Shown one piece after another: positions 1 through 7,796 of a DNA stretch of 32,000 nucleotides (position 1 is its first letter; each line of letters begins with the position of its first letter). A model generated the notes under the pieces. The model was given only the letters and a program-made list of their open reading frames with translations. It was not told where the DNA came from and searched no databases. Made by a program: the position numbers and the translations under genes. Source of the stretch: an uncultured Gemmatimonadota bacterium (GTDB taxonomy: Bacteria > GCA-2686955 > CAYMWF01); the NCBI GenBank assembly GCA_964394085.1, contig CAYMWF010000025.1:1-32000 (forward strand), read 5' to 3'.

Positions 1-298
1 ATTCTTCACATGGAGAAAGCCCCTCCTGACCGCGGGTGAGGTTTCGGTCCCGAGCGCCTTCGCTCCGCGGATCTATTCTTCACATGGAGAAAGCCCCTCC
101 TGACCGCGGGTGAGGTTTCGGTCCCGGTCGCCTTCACCTTCGCAGGAGATTCTTCATACGGAGAAAAGATCCGCATAACCGAAGATTAGACCCCGGTGCC
201 GGAGCCTCTCCTTCCCCTGACAGATTCTTCACATGGAGAAAGCCCCTCCTGACCGGAGATGAGGTCACGGTCCAGGTTGCCGGCGTTCCGGAGGTAAA
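1..298. repeat. Non-coding tandem repeat with four head-to-tail copies of a 74-75 bp unit, starting at 1, 75, 149 and 224. The array is cut by the window edge.
   Basis: Copies 1 and 2 are identical over their first 52 nt (attcttcacatggagaaagcccctcctgaccgcgggtgaggtttcggtcccg). Copy 4 is identical over its first 32 nt and matches 45 of the first 51. Copy 3 is in register but strongly degenerate. The 74 bp period is not a multiple of 3. Confidence 0.85.
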
Positions 299-495
299 TT
301 TGCGGGGCGATCTCCGATGAAAATCCACCCCGGGATCCGAAAATCCGAACCGGAAAAATATTCCCAAGGCGCCGGATCCGGTGGAAATCCTTTCCCGGAG
401 CAGGCCGTTCATGTGAAAGGGCGGCTTTCGGGTATTCTTTCGTAACTCTTTTGACTTCATAGTTTTATCCGGTCGAAGCAAAGCGGCTCGATCAC

Positions 496-511
496 GGGCA
501 CATCTTTTGCT
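496..511 (+). promoter_or_regulatory. Candidate sigma-54 (RpoN) -24/-12 promoter for the flgB operon
   Basis: gGGCACatcttTTGCt compared with consensus TGGCACG-N4-TTGCW. The GG (497-498) and GC (509-510) elements have the canonical spacing. The site lies about 66 bp upstream of the flgB ATG. Confidence 0.65.
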
Positions 512-576
512 GATTTCGGGAGCGGCTACTGCGGCCTGGCCTGGGGCCGGGCACGGTCCGCACGGGAGTTTAAGAG

Positions 577-999
577 ATGATCAAGTTCAAGATGTTCGGC
601 AAGGAAAGCTTCCCCCTCGTTTTCAAATCGATGGAAGCCTACGCCCTGAGGCATAAAACGTCGTCGGACAATATCGCCAACGTGATGACGGAAGGCTACT
701 CCCGGAAAGAAGTTCCTTTCGAGAAAAACCTGCGGAAGGCTCTCAACACCTCCGGATCGACGGCGGGGCAGCGGACGAACGACCGGCACATGAAACTGGG
801 AATTCCTGAAGTAAGCAATTTAAGCATCAAGTTCAAAGCATACGAAAATGAAGAACCGGCGAACGGAATCAACAGCGTTGATATCGACACCGAGATGTCG
901 GAGCTGGCGCAGAACACTCTGCGTTATTCACTCATGGTCTCCTTTCTGACCAAGAAGCTCGGCGACATCCGGTCGGCGATATCCGAAGGAAAGAAGTAA
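577..999 (+). CDS. flgB: Flagellar proximal rod protein FlgB
   Basis: 140 aa. It has the N-terminal rod-family motif (SSDNIANVMTEGYSRKEV) and sits first in the operon directly before flgC. RBS GGGAG lies 8 nt upstream of the ATG. Confidence 0.9.
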   Translation: MIKFKMFGKESFPLVFKSMEAYALRHKTSSDNIANVMTEGYSRKEVPFEKNLRKALNTSGSTAGQRTNDRHMKLGIPEVSNLSIKFKAYENEEPANGINSVDIDTEMSELAQNTLRYSLMVSFLTKKLGDIRSAISEGKK

Positions 1000-1506
1000 A
1001 TGGGAACAGGACCCGGAATATTCGGCGCGCTCAAGATCAGCGGCGCGGGACTGTCGGCTCAGCGAGCCAAGATGAACGTGGTGGCCAGGAACATCGCTAA
1101 CGCCTCGACAACCAAGACGGACGACGGCGAAGGTCCCTACCGGAGGAAGCAGGTTTCTTTCACCGCCAAGGACTTTCTCGCGCAGCTCAACAGGAAGGTG
1201 AAAGAGGCCGCGGTGAAGCTCAAGTCGACCAGCGGCTCGCACGTCACGAAACAGCGGCTCGAACCGACCATCCGGGGCGAAGATCCCGGGTCGATCATCG
1301 TCAGGGAGTTCGAGGATGCCAGCCCGGGGCGGCGCATCTACGACCCGGCCCATCCCGATGCTGACGCCGAGGGATACGTGGAGATGCCCAACGTGAGCGT
1401 CATTACCGAAATGATGGACATGATGGCGGCGTCACGGGCGTACGAAGCGAATGTGACCGCGATTCAGTCGGCCAAAAGGATGGCCGGCAAGGCTCTCGAG
1501 ATTTAA
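1000..1506 (+). CDS. flgC: Flagellar proximal rod protein FlgC
   Basis: 168 aa. N-terminus has LSAQRAKMNVVARNIANASTT and the C-terminus has YVEMPNVSVITEMMDMMAASRAYEANV, the typical FlgC ends. The ATG directly follows the flgB stop. The central region looks somewhat longer than in usual FlgC proteins. Confidence 0.92.
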   Translation: MGTGPGIFGALKISGAGLSAQRAKMNVVARNIANASTTKTDDGEGPYRRKQVSFTAKDFLAQLNRKVKEAAVKLKSTSGSHVTKQRLEPTIRGEDPGSIIVREFEDASPGRRIYDPAHPDADAEGYVEMPNVSVITEMMDMMAASRAYEANVTAIQSAKRMAGKALEI

Positions 1507-1524
1507 CAGGGTTGGAGGCGCGGT

Positions 1525-1791
1525 ATGAAGATCGATTCAGCATACTTCATAACAAAATACTCCAAGCACACCGTTACGGCCGGAAATGAACCGGACAAGA
1601 CCTCCGAGGATCTCCGGAACAGGCTCAGGGAGAAACTCGCAGAGATCGAAACCAACGGGAAAAAGGCCGGCGAGGTGGAGCCCGGGAATCTTTCCGAGAT
1701 CGACCGCATCAGGCGTCTTCTCGCGGCCCGGGATGAAGCGAAATCGGCTTCTCCCGAAGGCCTGGGGAAACGGATAGACATCCTGGCGTAG
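1525..1791 (+). CDS. Hypothetical small protein (88 aa), charged and probably helical, with no family recognised
   Basis: The ORF exactly fills the flgC-fliE gap. GGAGG lies 6-8 nt upstream of the ATG, and codon style matches the neighbouring genes. No recognisable motif. Confidence 0.55.
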   Translation: MKIDSAYFITKYSKHTVTAGNEPDKTSEDLRNRLREKLAEIETNGKKAGEVEPGNLSEIDRIRRLLAARDEAKSASPEGLGKRIDILA

Positions 1792-1814
1792 CGCAGCCCG
1801 TGGAGGATACAGAA

Positions 1815-2126
1815 ATGGCGACAATCAGAGAAAACCCGCTTCCCCTGCCGGAAAGGGGCCTGGTCCGTATCCAGCCCGGAGCCGCGAAAACCCGGGAGAC
1901 CCAGAGCGGCGGGTTCGCCGACACCGTCAAGAAACTCGTGATGGAAGTGGACTCGATGCAGAAAGACGCTGACGGGAAGGTCCAGGACTTCGCTACCGGC
2001 AAGGTAACCGACATTCACGAAGTAACGATAGCGGCGGAGCAGTCCAGGCTTGCATTCAGCCTGCTCCTCCAGGTCCGCAATAAATTACTCGATGCGTACC
2101 ACGAAGTGATGCGCACGCAGGTCTAA
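1815..2126 (+). CDS. fliE: Flagellar hook-basal body complex protein FliE
   Basis: C-terminus LLLQVRNKLLDAYHEVMRTQV is typical of FliE. ATG 1815 is preferred over GTG 1800 because GGAGGA (1803-1808) lies 6 nt upstream of it. Confidence 0.88.
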   Translation: MATIRENPLPLPERGLVRIQPGAAKTRETQSGGFADTVKKLVMEVDSMQKDADGKVQDFATGKVTDIHEVTIAAEQSRLAFSLLLQVRNKLLDAYHEVMRTQV

Positions 2127-2148
2127 CAGGGAACGGTAAGCTTAGCAG

Positions 2149-3663
2149 ATGGGAAAAATACTCGAACAACTGAAGCTCCTCCCCGAGAAGTGGGCGGCCC
2201 TGACCCCGAACCAGCGCGTTTACGCCGCCCTCGGAACCGGTGCGGTAATCGCCCTGGCCTGTTTCGCCGCCATCATCTCGGGCGGAGAAAGTTACGAAAT
2301 CCTCTACGCCGATCTCGAACCGGAACAGTCCGCGGCCATCAGCAGCAAGCTGGGCGAAATGGGCATCCCGTTCAAGACCCATCAGCAGGGTAAGACGATA
2401 CTGGTTCCGTCGGGGCAGAAACAGTCGGTCATCGTCGCCCTGGCTTCGGAAGGCTTCCCCAGACGGGTGAAGAACGGCTATCTCGACCTGGACACCGCGC
2501 AGTGGGGCCAGACCGAGCTGATGCAGAAAATCTCGATTGTCCGCGCAAAAGAAGGAGAGCTCGAGAATACGCTTTCCAAGCTTTACGAGATCGACCAGGC
2601 GCGCGTGCACCTCGCCATCCCGGAGGAATCGCTCTTCAAGGAAGAGGAGAGCCCCGCCACTGCCGCGGTATTTCTCAAGCTGCGCGTCGGAACGACCCTC
2701 GGCCGGGAAAGAGTCGAAGCCGTAAAATACATGATTTCATCCAGCGTCGAGGGGCTGGAGCCCACCAATATCACGATCACCGATTCCGACGGCAACCTTC
2801 TCGCCAGAGGAGGCATGGAGAACACCGAAAGCTTCAAGACGGAGGAGCGTCTGGCCACCAGGCGGGGTATCGAAAAGTATCTCGAAGACAAGGCGATGTC
2901 GATCATCGGCGACGTCATCGGCTGGGAAAAGGCGCGGGTGAAGGTAGCGGTGGAGCTCGACTACGAACAGGTTGATAAAACCATCGAAAGCTACGATCCG
3001 GATAAGGTGGCGGTGCGGAGCGAAGAACGGCGCGAAGAGACCGGCGGCAGCGAAGGGGCCGAAGTCAGCATAACGAACTACGAGATCAACCGCACCGTGG
3101 AGCACATCGTCGAGGAAACCGGGAACGTGCTCACCATCTCCGCGGCGATTCTGGTGGACGGCAAGTATATGGAAAACGCCGAAGGGGTTGTCGAATACGC
3201 GCCCAGGTCGGCCCAGGAGCTCGACCAGCTCGCATCTCTCGCGAAAAACGCCATCGGGTTCGACGAAGACAGAGGCGACACCTTCGAGATAGTGAACCTG
3301 CCTTTCGACACTTCCGGAGTGGAGCGCGCCATAACCGAGGTAGCAACCACCGCTACTCTCGATTACGTGCGCAACATGGCCATAAGGGTGCTCATTCTCG
3401 TCCTGATCCTGGGCATCTTTTTCATGTTGAAGAAAAAACTCCATCAGGTTTTCGAAGAACTGGAGACGGAAGAGCCTCTCCCGCCGATGGAAGACGTCGA
3501 GGAGGAACGTAAGGAAAAGCTCAAGCGCCTTCTCCCCGCCGGCGGAATGTACTCTCACGAAGACGAGCAGATACAACTGATGCAGGAAGAAATTCAGAAG
3601 TTCGCTCAGGAGGAGCCGGATGCAACCGCCGGCTTCATCAGGTCGTGGCTGGCTGAAGACTGA
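2149..3663 (+). CDS. fliF: Flagellar MS-ring protein FliF
   Basis: 504 aa. It has an N-terminal TM segment, a second TM near the C-terminus (IRVLILVLILGIFFML), and a C-terminal FliG-binding tail ending in GFIRSWLAED. It lies between fliE and fliG. Confidence 0.93.
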   Translation: MGKILEQLKLLPEKWAALTPNQRVYAALGTGAVIALACFAAIISGGESYEILYADLEPEQSAAISSKLGEMGIPFKTHQQGKTILVPSGQKQSVIVALASEGFPRRVKNGYLDLDTAQWGQTELMQKISIVRAKEGELENTLSKLYEIDQARVHLAIPEESLFKEEESPATAAVFLKLRVGTTLGRERVEAVKYMISSSVEGLEPTNITITDSDGNLLARGGMENTESFKTEERLATRRGIEKYLEDKAMSIIGDVIGWEKARVKVAVELDYEQVDKTIESYDPDKVAVRSEERREETGGSEGAEVSITNYEINRTVEHIVEETGNVLTISAAILVDGKYMENAEGVVEYAPRSAQELDQLASLAKNAIGFDEDRGDTFEIVNLPFDTSGVERAITEVATTATLDYVRNMAIRVLILVLILGIFFMLKKKLHQVFEELETEEPLPPMEDVEEERKEKLKRLLPAGGMYSHEDEQIQLMQEEIQKFAQEEPDATAGFIRSWLAED

Positions 3664-3680
3664 AACGGAGGAACCGGGTC

Positions 3681-4697
3681 TTGGCGAGAAAAAAAGACGG
3701 CATGTCGGGAACAGTGAAGAGCGCCGTACTCCTGGTTTCCCTCGGCTCGGAAATCGCCGGGCCGGTAATCGGGAGCCTTACGGATGATGAAATAGAGAGA
3801 ATCAGTCTCGAAATCGCGGACATGAAAATGGTTTCGAAAGAACTGCGCCTCAAAGTTACGAGGGAATTCTACTCGATAATCGCCGCCCAGGCTTACGTTT
3901 CCAAGGGTGGTTTCGGATACGCGAAAGATCTTCTTTCCACCGCCCTCGACAAGGGTAAAGCCAACGACATCCTCAGAAAAGTTCAGGGAGCGATGGAAAA
4001 GAGGGATTTCCACCTGCTGCGCAGTATCGACCCGATGCAGCTCGCGAATTTCATTCAGAACGAGCATCCCCAGACGATCGCCCTGATTGTTTCCCATCTC
4101 GATCCGAACCAGGCCGCCGCGATACTCTCGAGGCTTCCGGAAGAACTGCAGGTTGAAGTGGCCCTGAGGATCTCTCTCATGGAGCCGGCATCCCCCGAGA
4201 TTATCGCCGAGGTGGAAGAAGCGCTCGAAAGCAAAACGGCGTCTCTCATCAACGCCGAGACATCGACATACGGCGGCGTCGATTCGATTGTCAACATGCT
4301 GCTCGAAAGCGACAGGGCCACCGAGAAGAAGATCATCGAAGGTATCGAGCAGGAATATCCTGATATCGCCAACAGCATCCGCAACCAGATGTTCCTGTTC
4401 GAGGATCTCATCAAAATGGACAACAAGGATATCCAGGCGGTTCTCAAGGAAGTGGAAACCGGAGACCTGGTGCTCGCTCTCAAGGTGTCCAGCGATGAGC
4501 TCAAGGAACTTATCTTAGGAAACATGTCGACCCGGGCGTCCAAAACTCTCATGGAAGACCTGGAGGTTCTCGGCCCGGTCAAGCTCAAGTTCGTAGAGGA
4601 AGCCCAGCAGAAGATCGTCGGCGTGGTGCGCAAGCTCGAAGAAGAGGGCACCATATCGGGTGCAAGGGGCAGCGGAGAGGATGAAGTTGTCATCTAA
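3681..4697 (+). CDS. fliG: Flagellar motor switch protein FliG
   Basis: 338 aa with N-terminal KSAVLLVSLGSEIA and an MFLFEDL motif. The TTG start is preceded by GGAGGA with an 8-nt spacer. ATG 3702 is an alternative start. Confidence 0.93.
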   Translation: MARKKDGMSGTVKSAVLLVSLGSEIAGPVIGSLTDDEIERISLEIADMKMVSKELRLKVTREFYSIIAAQAYVSKGGFGYAKDLLSTALDKGKANDILRKVQGAMEKRDFHLLRSIDPMQLANFIQNEHPQTIALIVSHLDPNQAAAILSRLPEELQVEVALRISLMEPASPEIIAEVEEALESKTASLINAETSTYGGVDSIVNMLLESDRATEKKIIEGIEQEYPDIANSIRNQMFLFEDLIKMDNKDIQAVLKEVETGDLVLALKVSSDELKELILGNMSTRASKTLMEDLEVLGPVKLKFVEEAQQKIVGVVRKLEEEGTISGARGSGEDEVVI

Positions 4698-5445
4698 TCT
4701 TTATAAGTCGGTCGAATACATCCCCGTAGCCCGGACCATCGGCAGCCGGGTGCTGGAGATCCTCCGGGGAACCGGTGAAAGCGCCGGCGTAGAAACGTCC
4801 ACGGATACGAATGCCGATTCTGCAGCGGAATTGGATCCCGAGGGGAACATTATCGAAGCCGGCACGGAGAATGAGAATTCCGCCGGCAAAGGAAACGAGG
4901 AAACCGGCGGCATCGATGCCGAGGAGATGGAAAAGATTGCTGCGGAAGCCGAGGAACGGGGATACAAACGCGGATTCAACGACCTGGTCGCCGTGAAAAA
5001 AGAGAAAATGATTAAAAAGCTGAAAAAGGAAACCGCCCAACTGGATCTTCTCCTCCGGAAGCTGGGCGAGTCTAAATTCCACGCGGTGGATCAGGCGACC
5101 GGGTCGGTGATGGAGCTCGCCCTGGCGCTTTCCCGCCGTATTACCAGGTGCGAAACGAGATTCAGACCCGAGGTGATGGCGAAGGCGGTGGAAGAGACCA
5201 TCAGGAAATTCGTCTCTTCCGGCGAAGTGACCCTGAGGATGAACCCGTCCGATCTGGCAAGGTTCGAAGAGAAAGGGATCACCATCGATAACGGAGCCGT
5301 CCGTTTCGTCGAAGATTCCGAGGTCTCGACGGGCGGATTCCTGCTGAACCTCGAAACCGGAGATGTGGACGGAAGGCTCGAATCGGTCGAGTCGGAGATG
5401 GCTGACCTGCTCGAAGAGCTGTACGGGAAAGGAGCGTCGCGATGA
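4681..5445 (+). CDS. fliH: Flagellar export apparatus protein FliH
   Basis: Position between fliG and fliI. The C-terminus (VTLRMNPSD...GGFLLNLETGDVDGRLESV) is typical of FliH. The start is ambiguous: ATG 4681 or GTG 4660. Confidence 0.82.
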   Translation: MKLSSNLYKSVEYIPVARTIGSRVLEILRGTGESAGVETSTDTNADSAAELDPEGNIIEAGTENENSAGKGNEETGGIDAEEMEKIAAEAEERGYKRGFNDLVAVKKEKMIKKLKKETAQLDLLLRKLGESKFHAVDQATGSVMELALALSRRITRCETRFRPEVMAKAVEETIRKFVSSGEVTLRMNPSDLARFEEKGITIDNGAVRFVEDSEVSTGGFLLNLETGDVDGRLESVESEMADLLEELYGKGASR

Positions 5446-6803
5446 CGATCGACTCCCGGCTGGAAGCAGCCCTCAGCAGGATCGGCACCTTCGAACCCGT
5501 GTGCGCGAAAGGCGAGATCGTGCAGGTTACGGGTCTCCTCGTCGAAGCGTCGCTCCCCGACCTGCCGGTCGGCTCGTTATGCCGTCTGCACGACAGGAAG
5601 GGCCGCGTCGTCGGGCGGGCGGAAGTCATAGGCTTCTCCGAGCGATACACCCGCCTCATGCCTCTCGATCATGTCACGGGGCTCGGCTCCGGGTTCCCGG
5701 TAACGGCCGAGTGCAGACCGCTCGAAATCCCCGTCGGAGAAACGCTCCTCGGGCGGGTCCTGGACGGCACCTGCAACCCGATCGACGGGAAAGGTCCCCT
5801 GGGAGCGAAGGAATACCGGACCCTCGACGCAAAACCGGTCAACCCGGTGGATCGCGGAAGAATCTCGAAACCGATATCCACCGGCATTCGATGCGTCGAC
5901 AGCCTCCTCACCATCGGGAGCGGGCAGCGGTTCGGAATCTTTTCAGGGAGCGGCGTGGGTAAGAGCATGCTTCTCGGCATGATCGCCCGCCATACATCGG
6001 CCGACGTAAACGTGGTCGCCCTCATCGGGGAGCGCAGCAGGGAAGTGAACGAATTCCTCGAAAAGAACCTGGGTCCCGAGGGGCTGGCGAGGTCTGTTGT
6101 GATAACAGTCACCTCCGGAGAACCCGCGATCCGCAAGATAAAAGGGGCCTTCGCAGCCACTACCGTTGCGGAACATTTCAGGGACCAGGGTAAAAACGTA
6201 ATGCTCATGCTCGACTCTCTCACTCGCATCGCCATGGCGCAGAGAGAGATAGGGCTTGCCGGAGGCGAACCTCCTACGACGAGGGGATACACGCCTTCGG
6301 TCTTCGACCTGCTTCAAAGGCTCCTGGAAAGGGCCGGGCTCGCCGGGGACGGGAGCATAACCGGCGCTTACACGGTGCTCGTGGAAGGCGATGATTTCAA
6401 CGAACCGGTTTCCGACACCGTCCGATCGATACTGGACGGTCACCTGATGCTGTCCCGGAAGCTCGCGAACAGGGGCTGCTACCCGGCAATCGACGTGCTC
6501 GAAAGCATTTCGAGAGTGATGCCCGACATCGTTGATGCCGGCCATCTCGAAGCCGCGGGCCGGTTCAGGGAAATGACCGCGCTGTACGAAGAGACGGAAG
6601 ATCTTATAACCATCGGCGCCTACCGGGAAGGCCAGAACCCCGAAGTGGACAGGGCGGTGTCGAAAAGAGAAGAGATGATTGGATTCATAAGGCAATCGAT
6701 GGACGAACCTTCAGATTATGAATCAGGCAGGCGGAACCTGCTGAAACTCACCGGCGGTATTACTGATGAAGCGGTTCAAATTCAGGCTGGACAGAGTGCT
6801 TAA
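5442..6803 (+). CDS. fliI: Flagellum-specific type III export ATPase FliI
   Basis: 453 aa with Walker A GSGVGKS and F1/T3SS-ATPase-like sequence throughout. Its ATGA start overlaps the fliH stop. Confidence 0.96.
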   Translation: MTIDSRLEAALSRIGTFEPVCAKGEIVQVTGLLVEASLPDLPVGSLCRLHDRKGRVVGRAEVIGFSERYTRLMPLDHVTGLGSGFPVTAECRPLEIPVGETLLGRVLDGTCNPIDGKGPLGAKEYRTLDAKPVNPVDRGRISKPISTGIRCVDSLLTIGSGQRFGIFSGSGVGKSMLLGMIARHTSADVNVVALIGERSREVNEFLEKNLGPEGLARSVVITVTSGEPAIRKIKGAFAATTVAEHFRDQGKNVMLMLDSLTRIAMAQREIGLAGGEPPTTRGYTPSVFDLLQRLLERAGLAGDGSITGAYTVLVEGDDFNEPVSDTVRSILDGHLMLSRKLANRGCYPAIDVLESISRVMPDIVDAGHLEAAGRFREMTALYEETEDLITIGAYREGQNPEVDRAVSKREEMIGFIRQSMDEPSDYESGRRNLLKLTGGITDEAVQIQAGQSA

Positions 6804-7221
6804 GTACAAACGCCATATGGAAGAAATCGAAAAGCAGAATTTTCATTCCGCGCTGGCGAAGTTCCACGAGGAAGAAAAAGTTCTGAATACCCAGCTTTCG
6901 GCGAGAAGAATGTACGCCGAGCGCCTTGCAGGGCGGCTCTCGGGCCCGCTCCAGCTCATGGACGTAAAGGACCACAGGATCTTCATCGATTCGCTGAACG
7001 AATCGATTCGAACCCAGAGAGAGCAGGTCACGGCGCTCGGAGAACTGGTTGAAAAGAAGAGGACCGTCTACATGGAGGCCCTTCGGGAAGTCAAGAAGCT
7101 CGAAAGGCTCGAAGAGCGCGCAAGGGAGGAGTTCGACTTCGAATCCGAGCGTGAGGAACGTTACATCCTGGATGAAATCGCCCTTCGCGGATCTCCTGAC
7201 CCGGAGCCGGTAAATGAATAG
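6766..7221 (+). CDS. fliJ: Flagellar export chaperone/stalk protein FliJ
   Basis: 151 aa coiled-coil protein starting MKRFKFRLDRVLKYK, a typical FliJ N-terminus. It lies directly after fliI. Confidence 0.85.
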   Translation: MKRFKFRLDRVLKYKRHMEEIEKQNFHSALAKFHEEEKVLNTQLSARRMYAERLAGRLSGPLQLMDVKDHRIFIDSLNESIRTQREQVTALGELVEKKRTVYMEALREVKKLERLEERAREEFDFESEREERYILDEIALRGSPDPEPVNE

Positions 7222-7795
7222 TCCGATAATGATATTCCTCTTCGGCATAGGGCTTTTCCTGCTCGTATTCAACGCCCTGTTTTTTTTATCGGGGATGGTC
7301 ACGGTCAGGGATATAGGCGAAGAGGCGGGCCTGGTGGAGCGGGACAGTCTTTCCATCGAAGAGCGGGAATTAACCGAAATCGAACAGGCGCAGATCACCC
7401 TGGCAAGGGAAATGGCGGTCGTGGACAGCCTCAAGGCGGAAATCGAAACCAGGGAAAAGTCCGTCGGGGCGAGAGAAGCGGAAGTTCAGCGGAAAGCCCA
7501 GCAGCTCGAAGCGCTGGAAGGCCGTTTCGAAACGACTCTCGCCGAAATGGAGCAGAGCGATCTCCGTCGCCTGGCAAAGGTCTACGGCAGTATGAAACCG
7601 CAATTCGCGGCGATGGTAATCGATACTCTCGAAATGGAGCTCGCAGTAAAGCTCCTCGCCACGGTGCAGGCGCGGCAGAGTGCAAAAATCCTTTCTAATC
7701 TCAATCCTTCAAGGGCGGCGGAACTGTCGGCGAGGATCGCCATGTCGCGTGAACGCGAGAATATCCAGACCGAGCTCAAGAAACAGGGCGGATGA
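7214..7795 (+). CDS. FlbB/YlxF-like flagellar protein with an N-terminal TM helix, a coiled coil and an MgtE_N-like C-terminal domain
   Basis: 193 aa. It has a TM helix (IMIFLFGIGLFLLVFNALFFL) and a C-terminal region (LAKVYGSMKPQFAAMVIDTLEMELAVKLLATVQARQSAKILSNL) resembling the MgtE-N/MotE-type domain. It occupies the same slot as ylxF (Bacillus) and flbB (Borrelia), between fliJ and fliK. Confidence 0.6.
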   Translation: MNSPIMIFLFGIGLFLLVFNALFFLSGMVTVRDIGEEAGLVERDSLSIEERELTEIEQAQITLAREMAVVDSLKAEIETREKSVGAREAEVQRKAQQLEALEGRFETTLAEMEQSDLRRLAKVYGSMKPQFAAMVIDTLEMELAVKLLATVQARQSAKILSNLNPSRAAELSARIAMSRERENIQTELKKQGG

Positions 7796-7796
7796 A

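Noticed and set aside
1-298. CRISPR array interpretation of the 74-75 bp repeats (for example a ~32-37 bp repeat plus ~38-43 bp spacers)
   Set aside because: The would-be spacers are homologous to one another. Copies 1 and 2 are identical for 52 nt and share cgccttc further on, and copy 4 aligns through position 51. The whole 74-75 bp unit is therefore repeated with decay, and there are no unique spacers. No cas genes are in the window. The upstream continuation is unseen, so this should be rechecked on a longer contig.
1-298. The 74-75 nt unit length suggested a tandem tRNA gene array
   Set aside because: There is no acceptor-stem complementarity between unit ends on either strand. No GTTCRANYC T-loop or cloverleaf can be drawn; ggtttcggtcc is only superficially T-arm-like.
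134-481. 115-aa minus-strand ORF divergent from flgB
   Set aside because: It runs through the non-coding tandem repeats and is R/G/P/S-rich low-complexity sequence. It starts at a TTG with no evident RBS and terminates inside repeat copy 2. It looks like a chance ORF in GC-rich DNA.
1525-1791. Calling the 88-aa protein FlgM on the basis of its MKID start and small size
   Set aside because: The C-terminal FlgM signature is not visible: there is no helical sigma-28-binding segment with the conserved G-x-Y-x-V-D-like pattern. It is kept as hypothetical, and an HMM search is needed.
7680-7796. ORF-track N-terminal extensions: fliK from 7680, fliN from 16295, fliQ from 18396, fliR from 18653, flhG from 23860, the DUF342 gene from 26399, the GGDEF gene from 27957 and fliE from 1800
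   Set aside because: The extensions overlap the preceding genes and encode R-rich junk. In each case an internal ATG sits at or just after the upstream stop, with a GGAG-type RBS or an ATGA overlap. The protein family N-terminus begins at that internal ATG.
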